A stretch of DNA of 64,000 nucleotides from Phoronis australis (lineage: Eukaryota > Animalia > Phoronida): the NCBI GenBank assembly GCA_002633005.1, contig NMRA01000736.1, positions 102,246-166,245 of the forward strand, in the 5' to 3' direction. A program made the translations under genes and the position numbers. Position 1 is the stretch's first letter. Each line of letters opens with the position of its first letter. This document shows, piece by piece, positions 50,980-64,000 of this stretch. The notes under the pieces were generated by a model, which saw nothing but the letters and a program-made list of their open reading frames with translations, ran no database searches and was not told where the DNA came from.

Positions 50980-52789
50980 TTAAATCAATAACTACGGGTA
51001 TGTCACTTATAATTATAGAAAACAAGGTTGGTGACAGAGGAACATCCTGCTGGACACTTTGATTAACATCAAACCAATAAGCGTACTATCGGGGCTGCGT
51101 TCCGCATACGTAAGAATTTAGCCACGACAGGTAGAGTGATCTCGCACTTGTAATGCATTGCGTTATCTTTCGAAGTTTTGCGTAATCTCGCGTTTTCACG
51201 AGATTGTTGCGTGTACGAAAAGCACGCCACGGCTGCCTACCGTGGATCGCAATAAACTTAGCTCGTCTTTGTCTTATGAAAACAAAACAGTTTAACACTA
51301 CATGTACTTCACCCACCTATCGCTCAGTCCGCTCCCGAGCCTTTCACTCGCGGGAGTTTGCGGGATCTTGCTGTTCTCGGAAGAGAGGTGGTCTACGGAA
51401 CGCTTTCTCGCCACGCAACGCACTTCCCAGAACTCCCCATTTTTCGTGGAGACCACGACAAGCGCGACTATAACTTTCAGAAAACGAGTAATTTTGCTAA
51501 GATTATGTAGGAACTTATCGACTTGTCGGTGTCTTTAAACAAATACCTACAACGTTATGCATTGTAACCCAGTAAAAGAACATACTTTCTGAAAGTAAAA
51601 ATCCTTTAGAATTACATTTTTGACTTCGTACCTATCTGGCATTAGTTGCTTCAGGTGACCATGTCTTTTGGAAAATTTTAGCAAAAAAAGGAAAAATACA
51701 TCCGTAACAGTTTTATGCAAGTTTTAAGCTTTTTCATAAAAACAACAAAATTGCTCTTTTTGAAAGCTCCTCGTGCAAAAGATGGTTTGGAAGAAAAGTT
51801 TATAAAGCAAAGTTTTTGAAAGTTTCCTCTATGAACCCCCCATCAGACATTTCTTGGATATGATATTCCGAAATTTGCCATTGTTTCATTTTTCAAAGGT
51901 AATATATTCGATTGTTTATTGATGACGTGTCAGCCACTATTACGACGCGATTTGAACCCACACATATTGTTTGAAAAAAATGTGTAGGTCTTGGATTTTT
52001 TCCGACTCAGGAAATCACGGAGGCACTTAAGCATTAGAATTTTTTTATAGATTTATGGGTTTGGATTCATTTTATAAAACTATGGGTTTGGATTAATCCG
52101 TTTGATGCGACAGCGGTTGCACTCATGGTATGCACCCGGGGAGTTCAGAAGGATTAAAATTGATCAGGTCCATAAGAAGGTGCTTAGTAATTAATGAACG
52201 CTACTTCTATTTCGGCATTATTATCGTTTTTAATTCTGGCATTTTGATTTTATTTAACTTGGTCTAAAACGTCAACATGACGTCACACTAAACACGTGAA
52301 TGACGTCACAGTTTTTCGTGCAGTGTTGTAAAGAGCAGTGTAAGCTACATGTAGTGGCAATGTTGAACTTTGCTTTGCCTAATTATGATCCATGAGTAGT
52401 TGATGCGTTGTGTTTTATGTCTAGAGACATCTACTGTACTCCCCGGCATATACACTGTATTATTGTGTGCCGTGTAATAGTCAGTAAAAGAATTGAATTT
52501 TTCAAGAAATATTCCATTTTTAGAATCTTTGGTTTATGTCGGCGACGTAATCAGTTCACGTAACACTCGACTAACTTCTTCAAACTACTCTCGCACGCTT
52601 TTGGTCTAGGCTCCGGTAATTATCCCGTGTGTTTAACCAATAGAAAGTTATCAGCTGAATTCGGAATGCTGGGCATGTTTCACAGTAACTATAAAGGAAA
52701 ACGGTGTAAATGAGTCAAATCAATCCCCGGTCGGGAATTTTAAACGAATCTTGGCTTCGTTCCCGTAGACCCCAGCCATTATCTTCCAT

Positions 52790-53317
52790 GACGGGGTTTT
52801 CCCGTTCAGTGAATTTACCAGACGTAGAGGGTTGTGAGGGCGTGATAACATCTAGCTTCTCTGTTAACTGCCAAGCACAGTCTTTTGTCTGGTACGACAA
52901 CAGGCACGCCAATTATCTACTAGGCTTGTTACAGACCACATGTAAGCACAGTCAAACGAAGCGAATTGGTACGTTCGGAAAGAATAGATTTTGGTAACTT
53001 CGGTTGTAGTTGGGCGATTTTGGCGATTCAAAAACTAAACATGGCCAGCCTTTGACGAGGATTTCAGAAATGCTATTGGTATATGTTCAAATATGTTATA
53101 AGTTAACTTTTATTTTTAACAGCACAGCTCTTGATCAGGCTATATACGATCTTATTGGAGATTAGAGCAAGTATCGAACGAACGGGAGCTGGCCATCCAC
53201 GCGTAAATGCCAGAAAAGAGTTAATCAGTCGTGTAAGATATTGGCTGCAGGGGTCATCTTCACAACTTTTTGGGCTATAGAATCGATTTGGGAGCAACGG
53301 GAAAACGCCGTAATGCC
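52790..53317 (-). repeat. Dispersed repeat, copy 2; probable ancient LINE endonuclease remnant
   Basis: Shares e.g. gggcgattttgg.gattcaaaa.ctaaacatg and gggagcaacgggaaaacgccgtaatgc with 15560-16057. Confidence 0.6.
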
Positions 53318-54627
53318 AATCTTGTCTCGAAAGAACCCCGCTTATAGAATAGAAGCAATGAAAGATAGCCAGATGAATTCATGAATTCAGTCCGGATCAC
53401 ACAACTTTCCAACTCCTTTGACAACACTCTTAACCAACATGTAACAAAGAATTTTTATTTTAGTAATCATTAAATTAATACTGGAACTAAAGTCAATAAT
53501 TTGTTACAAATTTGATTTCTGTATACATTTGAGACTTTATACAAAAGTTATTTGGTGTTTCCAACTGCGTACATACGTTCTGGTCATTGCATTTTTCCTA
53601 TGAATATGAGAGGTGTTCATACCGCGCAGCATTGTTGTCATGACTTGTTGTTTTATTTGTTTCGTTTACTTATTACGTTGTTTATTTCTTGATAGGTGGC
53701 AGTATATCTTTCGCCGACGTGATTTGGTCTCTTTCAGTTAGCCGGTATTATAGCCAAGTTGTTACATATGGCGTTTGCATAGCTTGACCGGCTGGCTATT
53801 GTTACGTGTGTGCCTTTGTATTGTTACGCAGTTTTGGTGACCGGTGTTTCATTCGTTGACAAGATCTGTAGAGAGAATCGTGTATTTTCTCGGATGCTGG
53901 ACTTGTCTGTTAGATTGAGCACAGACTCTCAGCGACACTGTTACAACTGCTTATAACTGCATCGCTTGTGAACGTTTGTTCGAATCGCGCTAACCAATCA
54001 CGTGTAATGCAAGCGGCATCATTCTATTCACTTACACGTATTTATCCCTGTAGTCGGACGCGGCAAAATGTGGTGTCCGAAAAGTGGGGTGGGAGATGGA
54101 ACAATTAATTGACATACACGAACATCATACATAGGCGAGCAAAATGAAAGAGCAAAACCGTGAAGCGTGAGGAAATATTGAGTTCAGTAACTAGGACCGG
54201 TAGCGGATGAGGGTGGGGTGGGGGCTCAGGCCACAGATCGCGTGTTCTCGTTTTTTCATATATTTCTTTTAATCCATCGATAGATTTTTCGAACAGAAGG
54301 CCCACAANTTTGATCCCAAAAGTAAAGCTAAATTTGACAGAGAGAAATGACAGTCAGAACACGCCAATGAATTGACCAGTTACAGGGAAATTGTCGATCC
54401 TACAGCTGAAAATTGCATCTTGGGATTATTACAGGATGAGAGACGTGTAGACTTGTTGAGGTATTTACATGTAATAGCTTTGACCAGTGCTATAAGACAA
54501 CAAAATCCTTTGTGATTTTGAAACTGTACTGTATTATTAATTCTCGCCGTTGTCTCTGTATCAGACAGTCGATAAAACCAGGGACAGTTACTTTAAGCGT
54601 ATTACAATTGTCACGGTGCTTAAAATG

Positions 54628-54706
54628 TAGTGATCGAGTGATCTCCCATGTAGTAACTTCGCCAAAACAGTGATCGAGTGGTCTTCCAAGTAATAACTTC
54701 GCCAAC
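54628..54706 (+). repeat. Short tandem duplication (~40 bp)
   Basis: agtgatcgagtg.tct.cca.gta.taacttcgccaa occurs twice. Confidence 0.8.
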
Positions 54707-57700
54707 GAAGTGTTTAGCTACAACGGAGGTGCCACAGATTCAACTCCGCGCTTTGTCATGGGATTCTCAGATATTCCCTTTTCTCGCCTATAATGTCAAT
54801 TTCGAAGTTAATTTCACCCATAACACAAGTGAAGTTACTTCAGTAATACATTGTAGCATCCCCACAACCACTCAAACGCTAACCCATAGACCTATTTGAA
54901 TGATTTCGCAACAATGCCTTACATTTAGAAAATTGAATTATTTTTGTGGTAAGAGCAGTTTATGAAAACAGATTAAGATATGATAAAAGCCAAATCGTGT
55001 TTGTTTCAGACGAAAATCGATTTTACTTCAACACACTACCCACGAAAAATTGCTGAAGCATACATATAATATCTTATTGTCTACACACGATCACTGTGTT
55101 TGTGTACATAAAAACGCCTTTGTGAACGCTTTAGACTTTGCTTGATTCTTATTCTGTTGTATGAATGACTTCGTTCTGTGTGAACGAACTAACTTTCGAA
55201 CAATGATTCCGGGAATGTCCGCAACCGTTAGCTGCACGTCCACAGGCTTGCTTTAGTAGGACTTGTAGGTTGCCCAAACGGAGCACGGTATCATTCAGGT
55301 GCCAATCAAGGTTTCCTCCAGTTTACACTCGGTCGTCAGGTCAGTCGGCCGTTTTTAATCGTTATGCAGTTTCTGGACCTTTTCAATTAGGAAAAAATTC
55401 ACAACGTCCAATTTCTCATGCATTTTCTAAGCTAATCAAAACTTCCCCTTTAACAGTGCCAAGACAATTTGCCCGTTGACGAAGGCATTAGTGAAAAACT
55501 AGATATTGGAAACTGCCTAAAACAATTCAATATATGGCATTAGTTTGTTGTTTTGTTCTTGTCCTAGAAGAATGGTAAAACGAATGGGAAAAGGCTTTTT
55601 GAGGGTAGCGTATTTACAGACCTGTCGGTTAACGAAATTACGCCTGGCCAAATAAAGTTCATGTAAGTACTAGGTAAAAATGTACATTTTTAGTTTCAAA
55701 TTTTCCCTCGTATTTACTACTGCGAATCCTGGTATCAATGAACTTGGGAAGTACCTTCAAAATATCATTAACGCTTGAACCGTTTTAATAACAACAAAGT
55801 GCTCGATGTTGCAATTTTAACAACGACATTGTATTGTATACGCTGTTATGTTTACCATAATAAAAACATGTATCAGAGCTGGTAATACCCGGACAAACAG
55901 GAAAGGTTCAATACACAAACGTTTCGCATCCAGTTTCGAATAAAAAGGTTACAATGTTGCTCTTAATTGTGAGAGCGGTTGGCTTATAAAACTTCTATTG
56001 TTAAAGCACTCGCACAAATGCGATCGGGAAGAATTCAATGAACAGTGTCTATCGCACAGCTGTTTGAACAGCAGGCCAGAGTTTGACCGTTCTGCTTTGG
56101 CAATATGGGTGTTGCAGAAGTCGACTTCGACTAGTTCTGCTCGGTTAAAACGCCGTTGCGCGAGGTGGAGTGACGGTGGTGTGAATGTGCCGAGAGGCCT
56201 TGTAAGCAGAGCACTTCACTGATGACGTTTCCTTGTTGCAAATAATCTTAGAAAGTGTCTCAAAACACGTTTGTTTCAGTTTCAGGGATGCAGACTAAAG
56301 CAATAGAAACAATTCTCAATTACGAGAACTTGTCTATCCTGTGTAGAAAATATCGATTAATCTTCAAACAGTTGCACTGATAGAACCTGAGTCTAACAAT
56401 TATCGATGAACGTTCGATTACTCACAGTGCTTTGTTTCGCCTTATCCTGACCGCTGACAATTCTCACGGATCAACAAAGCTGTATTCAATTACCAGTTTG
56501 CCTCTTTGAACCGGAATTATTCGCGGACGAAAAGTGCGACGAATCTTAAGTGTTTGGATTCCAATTCGAATGTGATATATCTGGCCAACTTATTTGAGTA
56601 TACACGTGTTACCAGGGGACACTATGGTTTCCTAGTTGGCTCAGTGGTGCTGCTAAACTTGAAGTAGCCTGATCAGCCTATCGGTTAAAATACTGTACAG
56701 TGTACATTGTAACTCGAAGCCCTTAGCTATAGCGCGTCTGGAGGCCCAGGTAATGATCTGAGCTCACCGGTCTCCAATTTTCCTTCCTCTCAGTCAAATC
56801 CATTTCTCACCCGCACAGTGGCCCTAACTCCCCTCTTCACGATATTCTACCAACCCAGGGGTCTCAAATCTGTCAAAAATGACTTTCTCAATAATGAATT
56901 TGATTTGAAAATAACATAAACAACTGCCAACACATTTCCGTAATTTTGTTATTTGTTTTGACGGAGATACACGTATAAATTTAAATCTTGTTTTGGTATC
57001 TGTGTCAACAAGTTTTAACGGTTACTTATTATCGCTTTTTAGGAGCTTGTATTTCCGTTACCTTACTTTAAAGACATGTATATTAAAAAACAATGGGATG
57101 CTTGTAAATTATTAGGTCAAAAAAGTATATTTAATTTGGTTTTGCTGCTGTGAATTTTTTTGAGAAATGATGAAGGAGTATAGTACATGTATTTTAGTTA
57201 TATGATCAAGTACCGAAATTCAGTTGATATCAGCTTACATGTGTATAATTCTACAGTAGCTATGAGGGAAAGATTTGTTACCAAAGTAAAACATATTCCC
57301 GTCATTTTGCTGAGGTAGTGTCGAGGTGGGCGAGGGGGTTGACGCGATAGCCTGTACAGCTGCCTACCTGCGGGGGCGCTGATACTCTCTCACTCCTTAC
57401 ACTAAAGGAGATTGGACCCTCCTACTCTAGTGATTCTTTAAGGGTGGGCTAACGAACCTTATCTTAGCTGTTTTGGTCATCGTTTTGAGTACACGCATTT
57501 GAGGACAAAATGAATTGACATCAAAAATGACAACTTTAATGGTGCATACATTTTAATAATTTTATCTCGCAGAAATTATATTTTTAATGTAATTTCATGA
57601 TTGAATTTGTATCAAAAAGAATCCCAATATACTGACATGTTTTCATTAGCTACTCTACGAGTCGAACGGAGGACACGCTTTCGGGACATTACCGAGTGGG

Positions 57701-58591
57701 AAATGGACTAAACGTGTATTGGCGAGTACTTTAAGTTAGATTTATCTCTTGCTTCCCCTTATAAATCGATGAATATAACTGCTTGTCAACAGAAATAAGT
57801 GCCACTCGTGGAAATACAAATTTGCTAATAAACTTACCTGAACTAGCGAATCTAGTGTAGCATGTGAGCGCTATGCAGTGAGAGTAAAACGTTAAGTGAT
57901 AGATTATATTGATCACTGTTTTGTATATGTATCGAGTACGCACCATTGATTTTTGTTATTGAATTATGAATTATTCAGCACATGACACATATTTCTTCCA
58001 AACAATGGTCAAATGTGTAATAAAACAACTGCTAAGAGCTGCACCAATGTATTTCCCCTTCCTTGAAACATAGAGGAACTATTTATCAGTCGCTGCCTTC
58101 TGATACATGTACGGTTAACAATTTTTACATTATGGGAAAAATGGGTAAAACAATATGATCCGAAACTACAATCTCTACATACGTGTATGCCTTTATATTT
58201 CGATACTGTAACAGTTTTTACTCTTGTAACGCGTGATGTGACATTTTCCTTTTAGTCAGCCGGCCAATCGCACAGCTATGCTAGAAGCAGCTAACCAAAC
58301 TCAAGGTACTGACCGTCCTGTGAAACTTTAGAGGTTGCGAAGCTGAAATCAGCATAGTTGCCATAGTAAACAAGCTTCCTGCCAGCCAAAATCAGCGATA
58401 TCATGTTTGAAGAAAAAATCAGCTTAGAAGCATGCAACCATGCCCAGAATACATGGAGTGGCTATTTGTCGAAATTTAGAAGGTGTTCCTATGATAAATT
58501 GCATATTGTAACCAAAATTTTGACAGTTAAGATCAGAAATTTTAGGTTTGATGGCAGTCATGTTAGAAACAAGCACCAATATTCACCTAGT

Positions 58592-58707
58592 CAGTGGCGG
58601 ATCTAAGGGGCAAGGATGCCATGGTCCCTCAGGCTAACACTCTGCCATATTCCATTTGGCTAATACTCTGCCCTGCCCCCCAACTCAAAATCCTGGATCA
58701 GCCCCTG
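58592..58707 (+). mobile_element. Internally deleted copy of the same MITE family
   Basis: cagtggcggatctaagggg ... cctggatcagcccctg. A further lone 5' end is at 59192. Confidence 0.7.
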
Positions 58708-61700
58708 TTAGTGACCCTCCCTAAAAACGTAGAGGAGTTGCAAAGCTTCTCGAATACGAGTTGTTGCCATGGAAGCCAGGTATTTTTGAATTACAACAAT
58801 AAATCAAGTTGCGCACGCGTGCCGAAGAAAGTATTTGAATTACCTGTTCGCTTTATCAAAGGTCCATTACAACGAGCGGAACAAATTTTGATAATCCACA
58901 AAATGCTTTCTAGGGCAACTCATGCATGGAAACAGTAACGAAAACAACCTTTTAACAATATAAATGCTGCTTACAGGTACATGTAAATGTGTCGAGGTTC
59001 CTTAGACATAAGGGAAAGATACACAACCAGTCGGCGAATGTCTTTATTTGTTCAAAGTTCTACACATTGAACAAGCTATACAACGCGTTTTGGATACCCC
59101 TGTTGTATGTTCAACAGCGTAAATGAAGACGCCTATATGTAAATATCAATTGGTGACCGAAGGAAAGAGAACGGGTCGAGTGTATATGTATCAGTGGCGG
59201 ATCTAGGATATCACAAGGGGGGTCCAACATTTTGTCTGTAAGCATTTGCGCAAACCACGATAGAGCGCGCGTGCTTTACCACTACGCCACCACGATTTAA
59301 CTTCTACTTTGAAACTAAAAGACCTAATCGTTTGTGGTCCACAGCGTTTGCGCGAGAAATCTACTTCTTTTTGTAATGCTTATTACACGTTTTATAGTTT
59401 ATGTAATCGGTTCGTAACAAATTTGTTGTATTTAAAATAGTCTTCAATTGCACAAAAGACCAAATCCGTTTTTCGTGTTGGCAATAATAACGGGATTGCT
59501 ATGGAAATCGTCTTAAGTTAAGGTTTGACAAAGGTCGAATTATTAGTTTCTGAGTGGTTCACTGAGGCTTCGATTAAAATTTACATCTTACCAGCAGCTT
59601 CTGTTTTTTCGTCGTCACACAGGCTCCATTTTCTTTAAAAATGAAGTAATTTTCTTCATTGCACAGGGGAGCAGACGACGGAAGCGGAGTCGTAGTGCGC
59701 AGCGCCACTGCCGGTCGCCTGGGATATCGCGAGAGAGCTTATACTTAGCCTTCCTACCTCTAATTTTACCACTGCAGCACTGCTATTGGCAGAGGCTTCA
59801 AGCCAGTGCAAGTTCTGCGTCAGCTGTTGGTTCATGCAAAGGACAAGGATGACCCTCCGGACCATACCAAAGTTGTCTATAGTAGGCCTATTCCATGTGG
59901 CAACTGCACGCCGGCACGGTACTCGTCTACATGAACACAGACAAGATGTGGGCACGTGCACGGGTAACAGCTCACTTCATACTTTTGCAGCAAGTGTTAA
60001 TCCGGAATTACGTCAACAAATCGGTTGTCACTGACCACTATGCTATCCACAACCATATCCCAAAATCCTTGCCGGGACCTGTCTAAAATAGTCGTTGCAG
60101 TGTCGTGGTTCGCTGTAACCGAGTGAACTTTTTATTGAAAATAAAACCGTCGAATGTCAATAGGTGGCCACGAGAATTAGCATTTTTTATGTCTGACCAC
60201 TGTTGTTTTCATTCGTTGCAGTTTTGTAAGCGTCCTGGATGTATGTTTGCACATTTGATTAACAGTTTTGGGTGTTTGTTTTTGAAAGTTTTTATCATTG
60301 CAATTTGATTAGCTGTTTAATTTCGCAGATTCCCTTCACGTTTCTTTCTTCCTAGTGTTTGTTGGTGATTCTGTAAAGTGTTAACACAGTAGCTTTGCTA
60401 CCGCTTTAAGTTCTATTTTTTGGAAAAGACAATACTGTGATGCGCATAAGGAAACAAATGACCAACATTGACCCAGTATGTGTACCACATCCACTACATT
60501 CACCATGTTGCAAAATAAACGTCTTTTTGCTGACTGCAAAATGCTGTCTAACTGGATTCAGCTTGCCACGCCTTCACTACTAGTTGTGATTGTTGATAAG
60601 AGTGCATGTATATACAATAAAGGGGACCTACTAATGTGAAGCTGTACACAATTTCCGGCATGTAGAAATGCCCGCCTCACACATTGTGAACAAGAAGATA
60701 TGCACAGCCTGTTTCGAGTGACATTCGTTCCTGCAAAATCTCATTCCAGTTTCCAGGGAGACTACATCGTCGTTTAAACTTTAGCGAGAGTGCTTCCCCT
60801 ACTTGGTGTGGCTGTATGATTGACACCGCCTGGAGCAATTGGAGTGCTGAAAAGGCTTAGAAGGCATTTGTTCGCTCGAAAAATGTGAGAATTGTACTTA
60901 TGGTTGTTTAATCTTTGTTTTGTTTTAATATAACATGATACCTGTCTCGGTTTGCTGTATTATACTTTTCACATGAACTATCTTGAGCTTTGTGCAAAAG
61001 AGAAATTAAAGAGAGAAAGGAAATATTTTGAGCTACTGTTTTATTGTTGCTTAATTAGTATAGTTCGGTAGCAAACCTCCGTTAACGAAAACTTCGTTGA
61101 AAACACAACTGGGCTTTCTATTTGACAGCTTAATACAGACTCGCTCGTAGTGTCGAAACAATCTCCTTTCTTCGGGTGAGCAGACATGCAGCAAATCTCG
61201 AGAGGCATAACAGACAAACAAAGTACATGTCTATGTAAAATAATAGCTATACTTCGAGAGCGCATGTCTCACCATCAGGCAATGAGTGAAATGAACATAT
61301 ACCAAGCGAAATAAACAGTGAACTATGCGGTGAGGGGCATATAAGCAGACAGTGTGAATGTATCACACGGTAGGAAACCCAGAAGCCTAACGAAACAGAG
61401 CCAGAGCGTGCTATTACATATGCGCACCCAGTGGGGGCTCGAGNGGGAAAAAAGGTCCGCCATCGCGAAACAAAAAGCCCGAGAAAACGAATTAAAAGTG
61501 CACTGAAAAGGCACGAATCTACAATTCATAGCCCGTATTAATTTATTTTATTTCTTTTAGTACCCTGTTTTTGTTAGTAAACGATCCACACGGTAAAAAA
61601 TTCGAGAACCTCTATGTTTTAGACACCGTGCGCACATAGCGATACATACTATGAGCTACTCATTCAACACAGGTTTTTAGTGACTGATCAATAGGAATGA

Positions 61701-62573
61701 CGATTGTTCTCGTTATCTCAAAAATTTCACGGCCTTATCATACAATATCTAGCTACATTAAACACCAGGCTGGTTGCTGACAGACACATCAGACCCATAC
61801 TCCAAAACCACAAATGAATGGATGGGACTACTTTTGAGCAGCTTCATCAGTCTAATAAACAATGTGAGTTATATAAACCAAAACGACAGCATAAAACCAA
61901 GCCAAAATTATAATATTGTGGCGCTTCACAAATTTGATGAAAAGGCAGAAGATTCTGGCCTATACATGTATAGACGACTATAAGTCGCATAACTGATGAA
62001 CTTATTTTTACGCTTGAATAATCTGATTTATTCACGTTTCATACACAGTGGAGTATTCTTCTTTTTCTTCAACAACAAGATTTTTAAATATCACCAGTAC
62101 ATTATTTAAGTTTTTTTTTTGTTCTCATGTTCATGACCAGTTGATAAAGTGCTTAGTAGTAGTATTTTGGAATTTTGACCTTTTCTTCTCTTTTGTTTGC
62201 ATTAATTTTATTAGTGGATTGATTTTTTTCCATAACCAAATTGTTTTCATTTATAGAAAGCTGTTTAGAAACTTCAGAGTTCAACTTTTTTCAGGCAAAT
62301 GTTGTAGTTTCCTGATTTTAGGCGTGCTCCCTGCAACAGAATCTAAAATGTAAGAGTAAGAAACAACCAGATGACCACCTGGGATGTCCACTTTTAAGTG
62401 CCGCAGGAGATACTTGGATTTGCAATTATGAGAACCAAACACAAGAACGATTTTATAGCTGATCTGGAGTTAATGAGAGATGATATATTCCGTCGGACTT
62501 CGCCACCACTTCCTGTCGTTACAGCGTGGATCTCATTTTGCGTTACTTTTTTGCCATCACATGATCCTCTTCT

Positions 62574-62590
62574 GTGTGTGTGTGCGTGGG

Positions 62591-62626
<36 letters not shown>

Positions 62627-62630
62627 TGTG
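62574..62630. repeat. (TG)n-(TGCG)n microsatellite
   Basis: Directly visible. Confidence 0.95.
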
Positions 62631-63656
62631 ATAAAATCTCCGTCAGAAAGAATTAAGTTTCATGTAGGAAAACTGTTGATTACAGCTTGGTATATATACT
62701 TTTTGTTGTCTCATGTTGAGTCCATTAACTACAAAAAGTATATCTAATAGAGCACACACTGAGAAACAAAACACAAAATGAATTGCCAAATAGTGATTCC
62801 ACTGTACATTTTAAGTAAACTTAATTGGAGAGCGTTTATTTATAGTTACATAAGTTTTTGGCCATAGTACGAGCAAAAAGCGGACAATCACCAAGCCAAT
62901 TCAATCAGTATTATCTGTTCTTGGTCATTCAGGACCAGCATGCTGCTGGTTTCCTGAGTAACATGCATGGCCATTGGCTCGGAACCCGATCAGGCCCGTC
63001 GCGGCCGCCGGGACTGGCACGAACATAAACCAGCTTGAGTTGGAAACTAAACCTCCAGTCACGAAAAGATTATAGTGAGCCAAAGAAATAATGTGCACGT
63101 AATTGTTTATGTGTATTAGCCACGAAACTGAAAATCTACTTACATGTACTTGTCGAGGGCCGCGAAGTCGGGTTCCCCTTACACAGACCATCAGGGCAAA
63201 GGTTGTAGCCTACAGTAGGCCTAACTTGAATAATGTATTTGTATTTCAAAATAAAGATTCCCCTAACATGCGACCATAGCATATAAAATCGAGTAATTGT
63301 TTCACAGCAGCTTTCTGTCGCAAACACTGAATTAGCATGCGGTCACACGGCCTCGGTTCTCGGTCAATTAGCCGGTATCAAAAGCTTGTAACGCAGTGGC
63401 CATTGCTTGCTTCTCAACATTTGCACTCACGAATACTGAAAAGGCATTACAAATTGCATCTAATGAGACAGACTTTGTTTCAGTTTTACATAAGCATTGG
63501 TTAGGGTGAGAATAATTCATTTTGAAACAGAATGTAGAATAATAAACGTCTACTTGGCAACTCGCCCGGCGCCAATCCCGACTTATGGTCAAGAGCTCAT
63601 CCGTCGAAGACTTCACGTGTCGGATTGTTAGGTTTCACAGAACCGGAATTCACTGA

Positions 63657-63946
63657 TCAAGAAATAGACGTACTAGAGAGGCGCCGTGAACTTGTACAGG
63701 CAACGGAACATATGGATAGTTCTTTGGTAAACCGGAATTCGTCAGAGAAATGATTGTCGACGAAAAGCCGGCCAAAGACACGGAGAAGTTTCACGACCTC
63801 ATACTTGCTATTAACAGCGTACCTTTCATTCTTCACTACGGCGAGCCACTTCCTAAGCATTTCGGGCTCTCGAGTCGAAAAAACGATTTAACCTCTTTAT
63901 TCACAGGTTCATAGTTCGTACAAGCGGGAATGATGCACCGCAACAT
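63657..63946 (-). pseudogene. Decayed THAP (C2CH) domain, probably from a DNA transposon (Kolobok/P/ISL2EU-type)
   Basis: MLRCIIPACTN...KSFFR, then a frameshift, then EMLRKWLAVVK...LRVFGRLF (VC..HF-like). The C-x4-C, FxF and W hallmarks are present, but the distal C/H ligands are mutated. Confidence 0.65.
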
Positions 63947-64000
63947 AGCGGCATTCACCTGCAAACGAATCACTGACGTCGCTGCGTCGTTTCTCACCTT

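Noticed and set aside
62925-63616. Continuation of the THAP remnant into a Kolobok protein
   Set aside because: The Cys-rich fragments are too degenerate to assign by eye.

Overview
This is AT-rich, gene-sparse eukaryotic genomic DNA. It is most likely from a marine bilaterian invertebrate such as a lophotrochozoan, which is an inference from gene and repeat content. Two intact host genes lie on the minus strand: a single-coding-exon copper/TPQ amine oxidase with an N-terminal membrane anchor (2286-4640) and a two-coding-exon FucTA-like alpha-1,3-fucosyltransferase (47628-46565 + 44507-44168). The rest is mostly mobile-element debris: a 4-kb TIR element carrying a decayed four-finger C2H2 gene, a TTAA-flanked Kolobok-like element, an ISL2EU/Harbinger transposase remnant, two Penelope fragments with hammerhead-like motifs, LINE remnants, a THAP remnant and several MITE families, some nested. 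Three observations stand out. (1) A HINE/pearl-like repeat has ten ~140-bp monomers, each carrying a co-oriented CTCF-consensus-like motif, arranged as a 3-mer higher-order repeat. (2) The over-represented octamer TACATGTA appears to arise by CATGTA insertion at TA sites, like an excision footprint. (3) The TIR element carries a zinc-finger cargo gene. All assignments were made by eye and no database search was run.
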